Assembly (NCBI GenBank): GCA_951406725.2
Contig: OX597831.1
Location: 76,570,001-76,634,000, forward strand
Direction: 5' to 3'
Length of the DNA stretch: 64,000 nucleotides
Origin: Octopus vulgaris
Lineage: Eukaryota
Shown here: in pieces, positions 42,301 to 56,449 of the stretch
How the letters are laid out: every line of letters starts with the position of its first letter
Position numbering within the stretch: position 1 is the first letter of the stretch
Notes under the pieces: generated by a model
Databases searched by the model: none
What the model saw: the letters and a program-made list of their open reading frames with translations, nothing else
Told to the model about the DNA's origin: nothing
Made by a program: the position numbers and the translations under genes

Positions 42301-43245
42301 GATGGTGGTGGAGGTGGTGATGATGATGAATGATAATGATGATGGTGGTGGTGGTGGTGGTGATTGATGGTAAAGATGGTGGTGGAGGTGGTGATGATGA
42401 ATAATAATGATGATGGTGGTGATTGACGGTAAAGATGGTGGTGAAGGTGGTGATGATGATGAATGATAATGATGATGGTGGTGGTGATTGATGGTAAAGA
42501 TGGTGATGATGATGAATGATGATGATGGTGGTGGGTAGTGATGTCTGGTGACGATAGTGGTGGTGGTGGTGGTGAGGGTAGTGTTTATGATACTGAATGT
42601 GGTGATGGTGATCATGATGGTGAAAATAGTAGTAGTGGTGATGGCAGTGGTGGTGGATTTTTTTTAGGGTGGGGTGCTGTTTTGCCACCAGTGGTGATGA
42701 TAACGATTTATGTTTGTCTTCCTCTTATCATTTCAGATCCACATAATGAGCAGAGTCGACCATATCTACCGTACCACAGTTTGGGATGAAAGTACAGGTT
42801 ACACCAACATGGGCGTCAAAATCAGACAGGTATGTTAATATTCTTCACTGTCATTGCCGTTCCTTCATTTGTTTTTATGTCACTTTTTTTTTTTTCTGTT
42901 TTTCATGCCAACATGGGTTTGGACGAGGAATATTATCAAAGCTCTCTTTGTCTCTTTTGGCTAATACTTGTCTGTTTTTCAAGTAAGGAAGCTTAAGGAC
43001 AAGAATGATTTGTCGACGGGAAGAATGACAACAATAGCATTGCTTCTAGCTTGCAATTATAAACAAACACATCCAATACAGGCGCAGGAGTGGCTGTGTG
43101 GTAAGTAGCTTGCTAACCAACCACATGGTTCCGGGTTCAGTCCCACTGCATGGCATCTTGGGCAAGTGTCTTCTGCTATAGCCCCGGGCCGACCAATGCC
43201 TTGTGAGTGGATTTGGTAGACAGAAACTGAAAGAAGCCTGTCGTA

Positions 43246-43292
<47 letters not shown>

Positions 43293-45301
43293 ATGTGTCT
43301 GTGTTTGTCTGTCTAGCATTGCTTGACAACTGATGCTGGTGTGTTTACGTCACTTAGCGGTTCGGCAAAAGAGACCGATAGAATAAGTACTGGGCTTACA
43401 AAGAATAAGTCCTGGGGTCGATTGGCTCGACTAAAGGTGGTGCTCCAGCATGGCCACAGTCAAATGACTGAAACAAGTAAAAGAGTAAAAGAATACACAC
43501 AAACGTATGCACGCTTACACACATACATATACATATAGGCGTAGGAGTGGCTGTGTGGTAAGTAGCTTGCTTACCAACCACATGGTTCCAGGTTCAGTCC
43601 CACTGCGTGGCACCTTGGGCAAGTGTCTTCCAATATAGCCTCTAGCCGACCAAAGCCTTGTGAGTAGATTAATAGAGGGAAACTGAAAGAAGCCCATCGT
43701 ATATATGTATGTGTGTGTATATATATATATATCTATATCTATATCTGTAATATGTGACAATTATTCAGTACTAAGATAAAACTCTGAGTTTCAGATGCCG
43801 AGTTGGAAATTCACACCACCATCTCTTCAGCATCTGAAACTCAGAGTTTTATCTTGGCTACTGAATAATTGTCACATATTACATTTACAGATAAATTTCC
43901 TCTATTCACATAATATCGAGGTCTCTTTCTTTTGTTATCTTACCGTTTTTATCTATCTCTTTCTCTGTATATATATATATATGTATGTGTGTGTGTATAC
44001 ATTTGGATGTCTGTGTTTGTCCCCCCCCCAACCGATGCTGATGTGTTTACGTCCCTGTAACTTAGTGGTTCAGCAGAAGAGACTGATAGAATAAGTACTA
44101 AGCTTACAAAGAATAACTCCTAGGGTCAATTTGCTCAACTAAAGGTGGTGCTCCAGCATGGCCACAGTCAAATGACTGAAACAAGTAAAAGAGTATACAT
44201 TACATCATCATGATTGTTTAATGTCTGTCTTGCATACTAGTAGGGGTTGAGCTATTTGAAGGGACTCAATAGGGCCAAGGACTGCATCAAACTCCAGTAT
44301 CTACTTTGGGTGGAGGCGCATGGCTTAGTAGTTAGGTTGTTGGAGTCCTAATCACAAGGTTGTAGTTTCAGTTCCTGGAACAAGATATGCATTATGTTCT
44401 TGAGCAAAACGCTTCATTTCGCATCGCATCAGTGCACTCGGCTGGCAAAAAAGAGTAAACCTACAGTGGACCAGCAACCCGTCCATGTGGGGAATATGTA
44501 CGCCACAGAAGCCAGCCATATGATTCTGTGGAGACACATAGCTTAGTGGTTAGGGTATTGGATTCCTAACCATAATTTGTGGTTTCAATTCCTGACCCAG
44601 ACGACACACGTTGTGTTCTTGAGCAAAACACTTCATTTCATGTCGCTCCAGTCCACTCAGCTGGCAAAGGTGAGTAGCCCTGCGTTGGACTGGCATCCCA
44701 TCCAGGTGGGGAATATACACGCCGTGGAAATCGGGTAATCGCCCCCTTATGCGTCAGCATGACTCAAGAAGGTAACTTCCATCTACTTTGGTTTCAACGG
44801 TTGGATGCCCTCCCTAATGCCAACCACTTTACAGAATCAACATGGTGCTTTTTATGTGGTACCTGCATTTGGGAAATTGCCATGTAACTCACAAGGACTG
44901 AGGATCCAGGCTTCCTTCAGTTTCCATCCATCGAGTCTATCCAGAAAGCTTTGCTCTGACTTAGGCTGTAGTCAGCCCAGGGCTATTGCACAAGCCACTT
45001 GCCCAAATCACCGCAGAGCGGGACTGAACCCAGAACCATGGGGCTGGGAAGCAAACTTCTTACCACACAGCCATATCTACACATCTATTCTTTTATTCAT
45101 ATGACTCAAGTACTTGAGGGTTTACATTATTTACATTTGATGGATATTTGTTCCTCATCTTGTTTGTTGTTAACACAATGTTTCGGCTGTTTGTTGTTAA
45201 CACAATATTTATTTACATTTGATGGATATTTGTTCCTTCATCAGGTGTCTTGGGGAAATTTCGAACCTGGGTTCTCATTCCAAAGGTATTTTTTGATGTT
45301 A

Positions 45302-45350
<49 letters not shown>

Positions 45351-45494
45351 CGTTATTATTATTATTATTATTACATATTTTTCAATGTTGTTGTTATTAT
45401 TATTCAGGTCACTGCTTGGAACTGAACTCGGAATCTTGAGATTAGTAGCCTGTGCTCTTAACCACTACGTCATATGTTCGATTCCAAGCAGTGA

Positions 45495-45542
<48 letters not shown>

Positions 45543-47100
45543 CGAAAAATACCTTAAGAATGAGAACCCAGATTCGAAATTTCCCCAAGACACCTGATGA
45601 AGGCTGGAGGGTATATCAGCTGAAACGTGTTAACAACAAACAAGATGAGGACAAATATCCGTTAAATGTAAATAATGTACATAATTCCTCATCTCTTAAA
45701 TATAGAACTGTACTAGGGGGTTTGCCTGAGTGTATCATCGTGTTCAAAGTTCAATCCCACATTCCCCTTGGTTCACATCCTGTTGATAAAGTCAGTTCTT
45801 TCTCTAATTCCATTGTTCTTTAATTCCAGGTCAAGATTCATTCAAGCTATTCCACAGACGCATCTTATAACGGAAAGCAGAAATGGGAGTATACAAAATT
45901 ACTAGAGGTAAGTCACCCATTTTTATATATGCTTTGAAACACGGCCATGCTGGGGCTCTATCTGTGACAGTTCTTGCTGACCATATCAACCTTAGTTGTT
46001 TTTGTTTACCACCCAACATTGGCAGCCACTTCATAGTTGCTCTACCTGCTGGAAATAGTAGCCAAACCTCCCACAAATCGCATCCTTTTATCTTGTATAA
46101 GGACAGTTCAAGTTAGCTGTTGTAGTTCTAATGTAACCTCTAAAGTGATGTAATGGCTGGAATGCCTTCAGTCAGTAAATATGTACTGGCGCTAATCTCA
46201 TTCATCAAAATTTCTAAAGTTCACTTTGGAGTAAAATGATTTAATACCACAAGGTATTTTTTATTAATCAGTGTTTCGCTTTTTGTTCAGCCTTCTTCTA
46301 GCAACACACATACGTACCTGTATGTATGGTGCACTCATGATTGCTAGATTCTGAGTTCAATTTCTAGATCGGTCGGTGCATTGTGTTTTTGAACAAAACA
46401 CTTCATCTCATGTTGCTCTGTGATCACTGACGCATGGCACACCGTGGCACCTCTTCAAACAACTTCGATTTGATGGAAAGAGTGAGCTAGTGTGCAGGCA
46501 TGAACATTTGATCACTATAAACAAATCGTTTGTGCAATTTGTTTGGGAAAAACTGAACACTCATACGTTGTCTTTGATGGGGGAGTCCATCAAATATATA
46601 CACAGTCCGATTCAAAAGTCGCCATACACAAGAACAATTTATCTTTTTATAAGAAATAGTTTTTTTATTTAACAGGCTCTATGCATTATTTACATTATTT
46701 ACATTATTTAACAGGCTCTATGCATTATTTACATTATTTACATTTGATGGATATTTGTCCTCATTTTGTTTGTTCTTAACACAACGTTTCGGCTGATATA
46801 CCCTCCAGCCTTCATCAGGTGTCTTGGGGAAATTTCGAACCTGGTTTCTCACTCCTAAGGTATTTTTTGATGTTATTATTATTGCGTAGTGGTTAAGAGC
46901 ACAGGCTACTAACCCCAAGATTCTGAGTTCGATTCCAGGCAGTGACCTGAATAATAATCATCATCGTTTAACGTCCATTCTCCATGCTAGCATGGGTTGG
47001 ACGGTTCGACCGATGATCTGGGAAGCCAGAAGGCTGCACCAGGCTCCAGTCTTATCTGGCAATGTTTCAACAGCTGGATGCCCTATTAATGATAATGAAG

Positions 47101-47132
<32 letters not shown>

Positions 47133-49894
47133 CATCATCATCATCGTTTAGCATCCGCTTTCCATGCTAGCATGGGTTGGACGGTTCAACTGGGGTCTGG
47201 GAAGCCAGAAGGCTACACCAGGCTCCAGTCTTATCTGGCAATGTTTCTACAGCTGGATGCCCTAATAATGATAATGAAGATAATAATAATAATAATAATC
47301 ATCATCATCATCATCATCGTTTAGCATCCGCTTTCCATGCTAGCATGGGTTGGACGGTTCAACTGGGGTCTGGGAAGCCAGAAGGCTACACCAGGCCCAG
47401 TCTGATCTGGCAATGTTTCTATGGCTGGATGCCCTTCCTAACGCCAACCACTCTGTGAGTGTAGTGGGTGCTTTTACGTGCCACTGGCACATGTGCCAAG
47501 CGAGGCTGGCAATGGCCACAATTGGATGGTGCTTTTTACATGCCACCGGTACGAGGCCAGTCGGGGCGGCACTGGCAACGGCCACATTCAGATGGTTTTC
47601 TTACGTACCACCGGCACTGGTATCACAGCTGCAATTTCCATTGATGTTGATCGATTTTCACTTGCCTCAACAGGTCTTCACAAGTAGAGTTTTGTGTCCC
47701 AAGAAGGAAAGGTATGCATAAGTGGACTGGCTACATCCCAGGTAGAGGCCATGGGTTATGGTCTCACTTGTCCTGCCAGTTCTTCTCATACACAGCATAC
47801 CTCCACATGTCTCAGTCTCTAGTTATTTCCTCGTGAGACCTAAAGTTCGAAGGTTGTGCTTCACCACCTCGTCCCAGGTTTTCCTCTTCCACAGGTTCCC
47901 TCAACCGCTTGGGTGTGGCACTTTTTCACACAATCATCTTCATCTATTCTCGCCACATGACCATACCAGCGCAAACATCTCTCTTGCACACCACAACTGA
48001 TGCTTCTTAGGTCCAACTTTTGTCTCAAAGTACTTACACTCTGTCGAGTATGAACACTGACATTACACATCCATCGGAGCATACTGGCTTCATTTCTTGC
48101 GAGCTTATACATATCCTCAGCAGTCATGACCCATGTTTCACTGCCATGTAGCATGGCTGTTCGTACACATGCATCATACAGTCTGCTTTTACTCTGAGCG
48201 AGAGGCCTTTTGTTACCAGCAAGGGTAAGAGCTCTCTGAACTTTGCCCAAGGTATTCTTACTCTAGCAGTTACACTTTCAGCACACCCGCCCCCACTACT
48301 GACTTGGTCACCTAGGTAACGGAAGCTATCAACTATTTCTAGCTTTTCTCCCTGGAATGTGGCGGAAGTTGGTCCCAGTGCATTTTCAGCGTTTATTGCC
48401 CCTGAGCATCTGCCACATACAAAAACTGTCTTCCTAGTTAGCCTTCCTTTGACATTGCTGCACCTCTTATGTGTCCATAGCTTACACTTGGTGCATCTTA
48501 TAGAGTTTCTACCTACGCCTTTTCTACAGATCGAGCAGGGCCATCTACCTGAAGGCATTTGTGATTTGTCTACCTTCCTACTTATTAAGACTTTGGTTTT
48601 AGCTAGGTTGACTCTAAGGCCCTTCGATTCAAATCCTTGCTTCCACACCTGAAACTTCTCCTCCAGTTCTGATAGTGACTCAGCAATTAGAGCAAGGTCA
48701 TCAGCATAGAGGAGCTCCCAGGGGCATCCCGTCTTGAATTCCTTCGTTATTGCCTGGAGGACTATGATAAATAGGAGGGGGCTGAGGACTGAACCTTGGT
48801 GGACCCCTACCTCTACCCGGAATTCTTCACTGTACTCGTTGCCAACCCTCACCTTACTAGCAGTGTCCCTGTACATGGCTAGCACAGCTCTCACTAACCA
48901 GTCATCTATCCCTAGTTTCCTCATTGACCACCAGATAAGGGATTGGGGGACCCTGTCGAAGGCTTTCTCCATGTCAACAAAAGCCAGGTACAGGGCCTTA
49001 TCTTTGGCTAGGTATTTCTTCTGCAGCTACTTACCTGGAATATAGCATCAGTGGTACTCTTCCCTGGCACGAACCCAAACTGCATCTCATCTAAACTAAC
49101 TCTCTCTCTAATTAGTTGGGCTATGACCCTCTCCATGACCTTCATTACCTGATCCAACAGCTTGATACCTCTATAATTATTTGTATCTAGGGCGTCACCT
49201 TTACCTTTGTAGCAGTTGACTATTATGCTGCTACACCAGTCATTGGGAATGACTCCTTCGTGTATCACCTGATTAACTATATGGGTGACTAGGCTATAGC
49301 GGACACTACCAGATATTTTGAGCATCTCTGCAGTGATTCCTGATGGGCCTTGGACTTTCCCTGTCTTCATGCTTCTAATTGCCTTAACTACTATTTTCTT
49401 TATTCAGCAACCTTTTATAGTGGTGTTTCCAAGCCTCTCTCTTTGCATCCTCATTTAGCGCAAGTGAGCCATCATACATGCGAACACATTTCTCTCCTAC
49501 CACATCACAATTCTCTCTCACACACTGTCTTGCAACACGAAATACCTCAAGTCTTTGGTCCTCACAGCACAGAACATTGGCAAATTTTTTTCTTTTCTGC
49601 TTCCCCTCTGGTTAAATAGACCTGTCTCCTAGCTTCTCTTTTGGTAGTCTGATACAATTCTCTGCTACCCCCATTTTTCCAGTCCTTCCAAGCCTGTCTC
49701 TTTTCTCTAATAGCCCTGTCTACAACATTGTTCCACCACCACGTTATTTTGTGTCGAGAGGGGACTTTGCACCAGCCACAGATCTGGTCAGTGGCTCTCA
49801 GCAGGTTGTCCCTTAGAAACCTCCAGTTGTCTTCTACCCCATGTGAAGCTATATCCTGTTCTACTTCATCAAAGGCTTCAAGTAATATGTAATA

Positions 49895-49926
<32 letters not shown>

Positions 49927-49927
49927 G

Positions 49928-49966
<39 letters not shown>

Positions 49967-52900
49967 TCGAAAAATACCTTAGGAATGAGAACTCGGGTTT
50001 GAAATTTCCCCAAGACACCTGATGAAGGCTGGAGGGTGTATCAGCTGAAACATTGTGTTAACAAGAAACAAGATGCAGACAAATATCCGTTAAATGTAAA
50101 TAATAATAGGCGCAGGAGTGGCTGTGTGGTAAGCAGCTTGCTAACCAACCACACGGTTCTGGGTTCAGTTCCACTGCGTGGCACCTTGGGCAAGTGTCTT
50201 CTGCTGTAGCCCCGCGCCAACCAATGCCTTGTGAATGGATTTGGTAGATGGAAACTGAAAGAAGCCCGTCGTATATATGTATGTATATATATGTGTGTGT
50301 ATATGTTTGTGTGTCTGTGTTTGTCTCCCTAGCATTGCTTGACAACCGATGCTGGTGTGTTTACGTCCCTGTAACTTAGCGGTTCGGCAAAAGAGACCGA
50401 TAGAATAAGTACTGGGCTTACAGAGAATAAGTCCCGGGATCGATTTGCTCGACTAAAGGCGGTGCTCCAGCATGGCCGCAGTCAAATGACTGAAACAAGT
50501 AAAAGAGTAATGTAAATGATTCCTCATCTCTTAAATATAGAACTGAAGGCTCTATGTGGTGACCCCTGTTTTGAGCACACATTGCAATACGTTTACCCCA
50601 ACTCATTGTGAACTCGTAATCGCACATCTGGTGGTACTTGTGCAAAGGGGATGGTGATGTGTTCCTTCAAATGATTTAGGTCTTTTATCTTTCCGCGATA
50701 CACCGTGCCTTTCAAATGCCCCCAAAGACAATAATGAAGAGGGGTCAGATCAGGGGATCTAGGGGATCTTATAAACTGTTTCTTATAAAACAATAAATTT
50801 TTCTTATATATGGAGTCTTTTGAATCACCCTGTATGTATATATGTGTGTGTGTGTATGCCACAAGTGGAACTGAACCTGGAACTATGTGGTTGCTAAGAG
50901 CTTCTGGTACCACTTTAACATGTGATCTACCTGGCCATTTATACTTTTGCTACAGTCTAACCCTAACCTTAATCCTAAACCCATTTTAACCCTAAAATCT
51001 TATCCTAAACCCTGACCCTAAACTCTAACCTTAAACCTTAAAACCTACCCCTATACCCTAAAACCAAATCCTAACCCTATACTTTAACCATAACCTTAAA
51101 CCCTAACCTTACTGTAACCCTTATTCCTAACTATAAAACCTAACCAAAGCCCTGTACTGTTACCCTAACTATAAAACATGACCCTAACGCTTAACCCTAA
51201 TTCTAAAATGTCACCTTATATCTTAACCCTAAACTGTAACCTTAAACCCTAAAATCTAATCCTAAAACCAAATCCCTACCCTAAACTATAACCTTAAACC
51301 CTAAAATCTAATCCTAAAACCAAATCCTAACCCTAAACTATAACCTTAAACCCTAAAATCTAATCCTAAAGCCAAATCCTAATCCTAGACTGTAACCTTA
51401 CACCCTAAAACCTAATCGTAAACCCTAATCCCTAACCCCAAAACCCTAAACTGTAACGTAGATCAGGTCATTTCACAGCATAAAATTATACTGTGGTCGC
51501 CTGCTTGCTAGAGCAGCAATGAGGTTCTTGACCACACAGCCATGTCTGCATCTGTTACTCTTACTCTCTTTTACTCTTTTACTTGTTTCAGTCATTTGAC
51601 TGCGGCCATGCTGGAGCACCGCCTTAACCCCAGGACTTATTCTTTGTAAGCCTAGTACTTATTCTATCAGACTCTTTTGCTGAACCGCTAAGTAACAGGG
51701 GCATAAACACACCAGCATCGGTTGTCAAGCAATGCTAGGGGGACAAACACAGACACACAAACACATACACACACATACATATATATACATATATACGACG
51801 GGCTTCTTTCAGTTTCCGTCTACCAAATCCACTCACAAGGCATTGGTCGGCCCGGGGCTATAGCAGAAGACACTTGCCCAAGATGCCACGCAGTGGGGAC
51901 TGAACCCGGAACCATGTGGTTGGCTAGCAAGCTACTTACCACACAGCCACTCCTGCACCTGTCTGCATCTGTTGTGTATTTTTTTTTTTATTTCATGTTT
52001 GTATTTATATTATTTATTTTATTTATTTGTTCCTTCCTTTTCTGTTGTGTTTTTCCATCTCACAGAAGTTTAGCTGGGATACCCGGTTCAATCACTATTG
52101 CCTTGCTCACCTTTTCACTTTTCAAAAATTCCAAGACGGGGTCCTTGGATTGGCATATATAGCATCACAACGTCTTAACGCAGTCGGCGGTATTTGCTCA
52201 TCACGTAAGTAATCTTTCTTCTCATTGGTCAGTTATTTAGACAGTTTGATCGACTGGCTGGTCAATCGGTTGGCTGGCTGGTTGGTTGGTCAGTTTGTTG
52301 GTTAGTCAGTCTTTTCGTTGACCAGTTGGTTGGTTTTTGCCGATCGGCTGGTCAGTTGGTTTGTTGGTCAGTCAGTCCGTTCATTGACCAGTTGGTCAGT
52401 TGGTTGGTTTTGTTGATCGGTTGGTTGGTTGGTTGGTTGGCTGGTCGGTTGGTCAGTTTGTTGGTCAGTCAGTCTGTTCATTGACCAGTTGGTTGGTTTT
52501 GTTGATCGGTCAGTTGGTCGGTTAGTCATTTGGTTGACTGGTCATTTGGTTGGTCACCTGTTAGGTTAGTTAGCTGTTTGGTCAGTCAGTTGGTTAGTTG
52601 GTTTGTCCAGTTAACCAGCTGGCCAGTGAGTCTGTCGATTGAAAAGTCAGTCAGTCCGTCAGTAGCTTTTTAAGTGGAGCTTGTCTCAGTTGCCATTTGG
52701 TAATTATAACACGCCCTCTAGAGGCAGAAATGATTTCAATAAGTGATAATTTTATGTTGTATGGTATTTGATATACCTGTATTAGTCTGTTGTTTAAATA
52801 CAAGCCATAGTCAGTCTGAGATGTTTCTCATAACTCTTTTTTTTTGTTTAAACATTTATCATCGACACCAGTCATATCTCTCTTTACTCTTTTATGTGTT

Positions 52901-53095
52901 TCAATCATTTGACTGCGGCCATGCTGGAGCACTGCCTTTGGTCGAACAAATCGACCCGGGGACTTAATCTTTGTAAGCCCAGTACTTATTCTATTGGTCT
53001 CTTTTGCCGAACTGCTAAGTGACGGGGACGTAAACATGCCAGCATCGGTTGTCAAGCAATGTTGGGGTGGGGAACAAACACAGACACACACACAT

Positions 53096-53131
<36 letters not shown>

Positions 53132-56100
53132 GACATGCTTCTTTGAGTTTCCATCTACCAAATCCACTCACAAGGCTTTGGTCGGCCTGAGACTATAGTA
53201 GAAGACACCTGCCCAAGATGCCACACAGTGGGACTGAACCCAGAACCATGAGGTAGGTAAGCAAGCTACTTACCACACAGCACATGTTTTATGTTCAAAT
53301 TGGCTAGGTCTGGCCTCTTACACCTGCCCTTCACTGTCAGTCTAAAAATAAACAATCACATCATCGTGCTTTAAAAGAAGACCCATCAAGCTGAGCAAAA
53401 TCGTCCAACCCATGCCAGCATGGACAACTGACGTTAAATGATGATCATCATCATCATTGAAATCTCAATGTTGCTGATGCTATCAGGACAAAATCCCCAC
53501 CAAGACCAAAATCCACCAAAGATAAAATTCCTCCAGACAAATTTTACACAAAAATATAAACTAATAAATATTCTAAATTTTTTTGTAAAATTTTTCTTCG
53601 CTAAAATATTTTTATTGTAAAGAAAGAACAACACCCCAGGCGATATTGACTGCCGGGGGACTATGTCCTAGTACCACAACTGATAATGCATAATTCATTC
53701 AAAACAATGTGAATTAGTAAACATTACATTTGACAGAACAATCTGATTGCTAAAGGTTTAAATTATGCAAATTACCAATACCATAAATGTGTTTCTACTC
53801 ATTTTGCATTTGTCTAAGTTCCTTGGTTACTGGAGATAGGTTAGGGCAGCTGCTGTGTTGATGAGGCCTATTGAGGCAGAAACATGTGTCCTTGACTGTC
53901 CTCTTGTCTCCTGACAATAAACCTGTCCTTTCAACTTTGGAGAATTCCTAATTCTTGAGATTATCTCCCTTCCTCGAGTGGAACTGGTCTTATTTGCCAT
54001 TTGGTTGTTATGATACTTCATCTGGAGGTGGAGGTCATCATCATCATCATCGTTTAACATCCGCTTTCCATGCTAGCATGGGTTGGATGATTTTGACTGA
54101 GGACTGGCGAACCAGATGGCTGCACCAGGCTCCAATCTGATCTGGCAGAGTTTCTACAGCTGGATGTCCTTCCTAACGCCAACCACTCTGAGAGTATAGA
54201 GGGTGCTTTTACGTGCCACCAGCATGAGGGCAAGTTTGGTGGTACTGGTAAAGGCCACGCTGAAATGGCGCTTTTTATGTGCCACCTGCACAGGAGCCAG
54301 TCCAGCGGCACAGGCGATGACCTCGCTCGAATGTTTCACGTGCCACCAGCACAAGTGCCAGTAAGGCGACACGGTAACGATCACGCTCGAATGGTGTGCT
54401 TAACGTGCCATCGGCACGAAGGCCAGCTTGTTGCTCTGGCAACGATCTCACTCGTATGGTACTCTTAGCTCTCCACTGGCAACGGATGCCAGTCACCGAG
54501 TTTGATATATGTATGTATATATATATGTATATATATATATGTATGTGTCTGTGTTTGTTCCTGCACTTTTGCTTGACAAGCAATGTTGGTGTGTTTACGT
54601 CCCCGTAAACTTTTGTAGTTTGACAAAAGGGACCAATAGAATCAGCACTAGGCTTACAAAGAATAAGTCCTGGGGTCGATTTGTTTGACTAAAGGTGGTG
54701 CTCCAGCATGGCTGCAGTCAAATGACTGAAACAAATAAAACGAAAACAAAAAGAAAGAAAAAGAATATCATCATCATCATCATCATCGTTTAACGTCCGT
54801 TTTCCGCGCTAGCACGGGTTGGACGGTTTCGACCGGGGTCTGGAGAGCTCGGGACTGCCCCAGGCTCCAGTCTAGTCTGGCAGTGTTTCTACAGCTGGAT
54901 GCCCTTCCTAACGCCAACCACTCCGCGAGTGTAGTGGGTGTTTTTTACGTGCCACCTGCACAGGTGCCAGAGGGGTCTGGCATCGGCCACGTTCGGATGG
55001 TGCTTTTTTTTTTTTTTTTTTATATATAATATATTTTCCATGCTGTCATGGGTTGGATGGTTCCCACAAGAAGTAGCAAGTAAGAAAGATTGCATTAATG
55101 CCTGGTGTCTGCTTTGGTTTTGGCATCGTTTCTATAGATGGATGCCCTTCCTAATACAGATATATTGGTTGCTTCTTTTGCATGGCACCAGCAGTAGCAG
55201 CAACAGTGAGTTCAGCAAGCAAGTTGCAAGGCAAAGAGCCTCTTGACTGAGATGGAGCAGAGTAATATTGGGGGACAGGAAAAGCAGTCTTGCATTAGAG
55301 GGCAAATGTGGCTCCCTCGAGAGGGCAGAGAGTGAGAGAAGATGGTGAAGATGTGATAGGGAAACAGGGATAGGGATATATATATATATATATGGCAAAA
55401 AGAGACCGATAGAATAAGTACTGGGCTTACAAAGAATAAGTCCCGGGGTCGATTTGCTCGACTAAAGGCAGTGCTCCAGCATGGCCGCAGTCAAATGACT
55501 GAAACAAGTAAACGAAAATATACGTGGTCTGGTCAATAAGTATGTGGACTGTTGCCATGGTTACGAAGCTAAAGCATGCAGAGTAAAGCCACTTGGCACA
55601 GATTGAGCTTGAACTCTGCTGTGCAGGCACACTAAGTTTTAACATTCTGGCTCACTTCCACTGTTTACAGCAGTGCTTAGAAGGAAGGTGTGTAGCGTGT
55701 GATCATCGCATTGACAATGACAGATGGTTGAGCTGAAAATTTGCATCAAATTTTGCCAAAAGCTTGGTGGTACCTGCTCAGAGGCCTTCGCAAAGTTTTC
55801 AAAATGTTTTCATCATTCTCAACACAATCAAGGAGATCTTATGCATCTGAAACCCGAATGTCTTCTTGGTCAGCTGAAAACAGTTTTGGCACAAACTTGG
55901 CAGACACACATCTCATACCCAAATCTTCAGTGATAATGGACTGAACTGAACCATAACTAATCTGCACATCCTCTGGTAACTCACGGATGGTGATTCGACG
56001 ATTTCCCCTCACAACTGCACACATATCTGCAATGTTTTTTTCGGTTCTGCTAGCTGCAGTTCTCCCAGAATGCTTGTCATCTTGGAAAAATCTGAACCCC

Positions 56101-56397
56101 TCATACACTTGTGTGCAGCTCATACACTCCTCTCCATACACTTTCTGTAACTCTACGTAGGCCTGTGAGCAGGTATCACTGTGACAGCTTTCTCTGTCAT
56201 GTCCAATGTGACGATCACACGCAACACACCTTCCTTCCAAGCATTGCTGTAAACAGCGGAAGTGAGCTAGAACGGTAAAAGTTAGTGCACATGCTCAGCA
56301 GAGCTTAAGGTCAATCTTTGTCAAGTGGCTTCACTCTGCATGCTTTAGCCTTGTTACTAAGACAACAGTCTGGATACTTATAGATCAGACCTTGTAA

Positions 56398-56449
<52 letters not shown>

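Noticed and set aside
41878-42688. 245-aa and 242-aa His/Pro/Thr-rich ORFs
   Set aside because: Translations of a compound trinucleotide repeat, antisense in an intron
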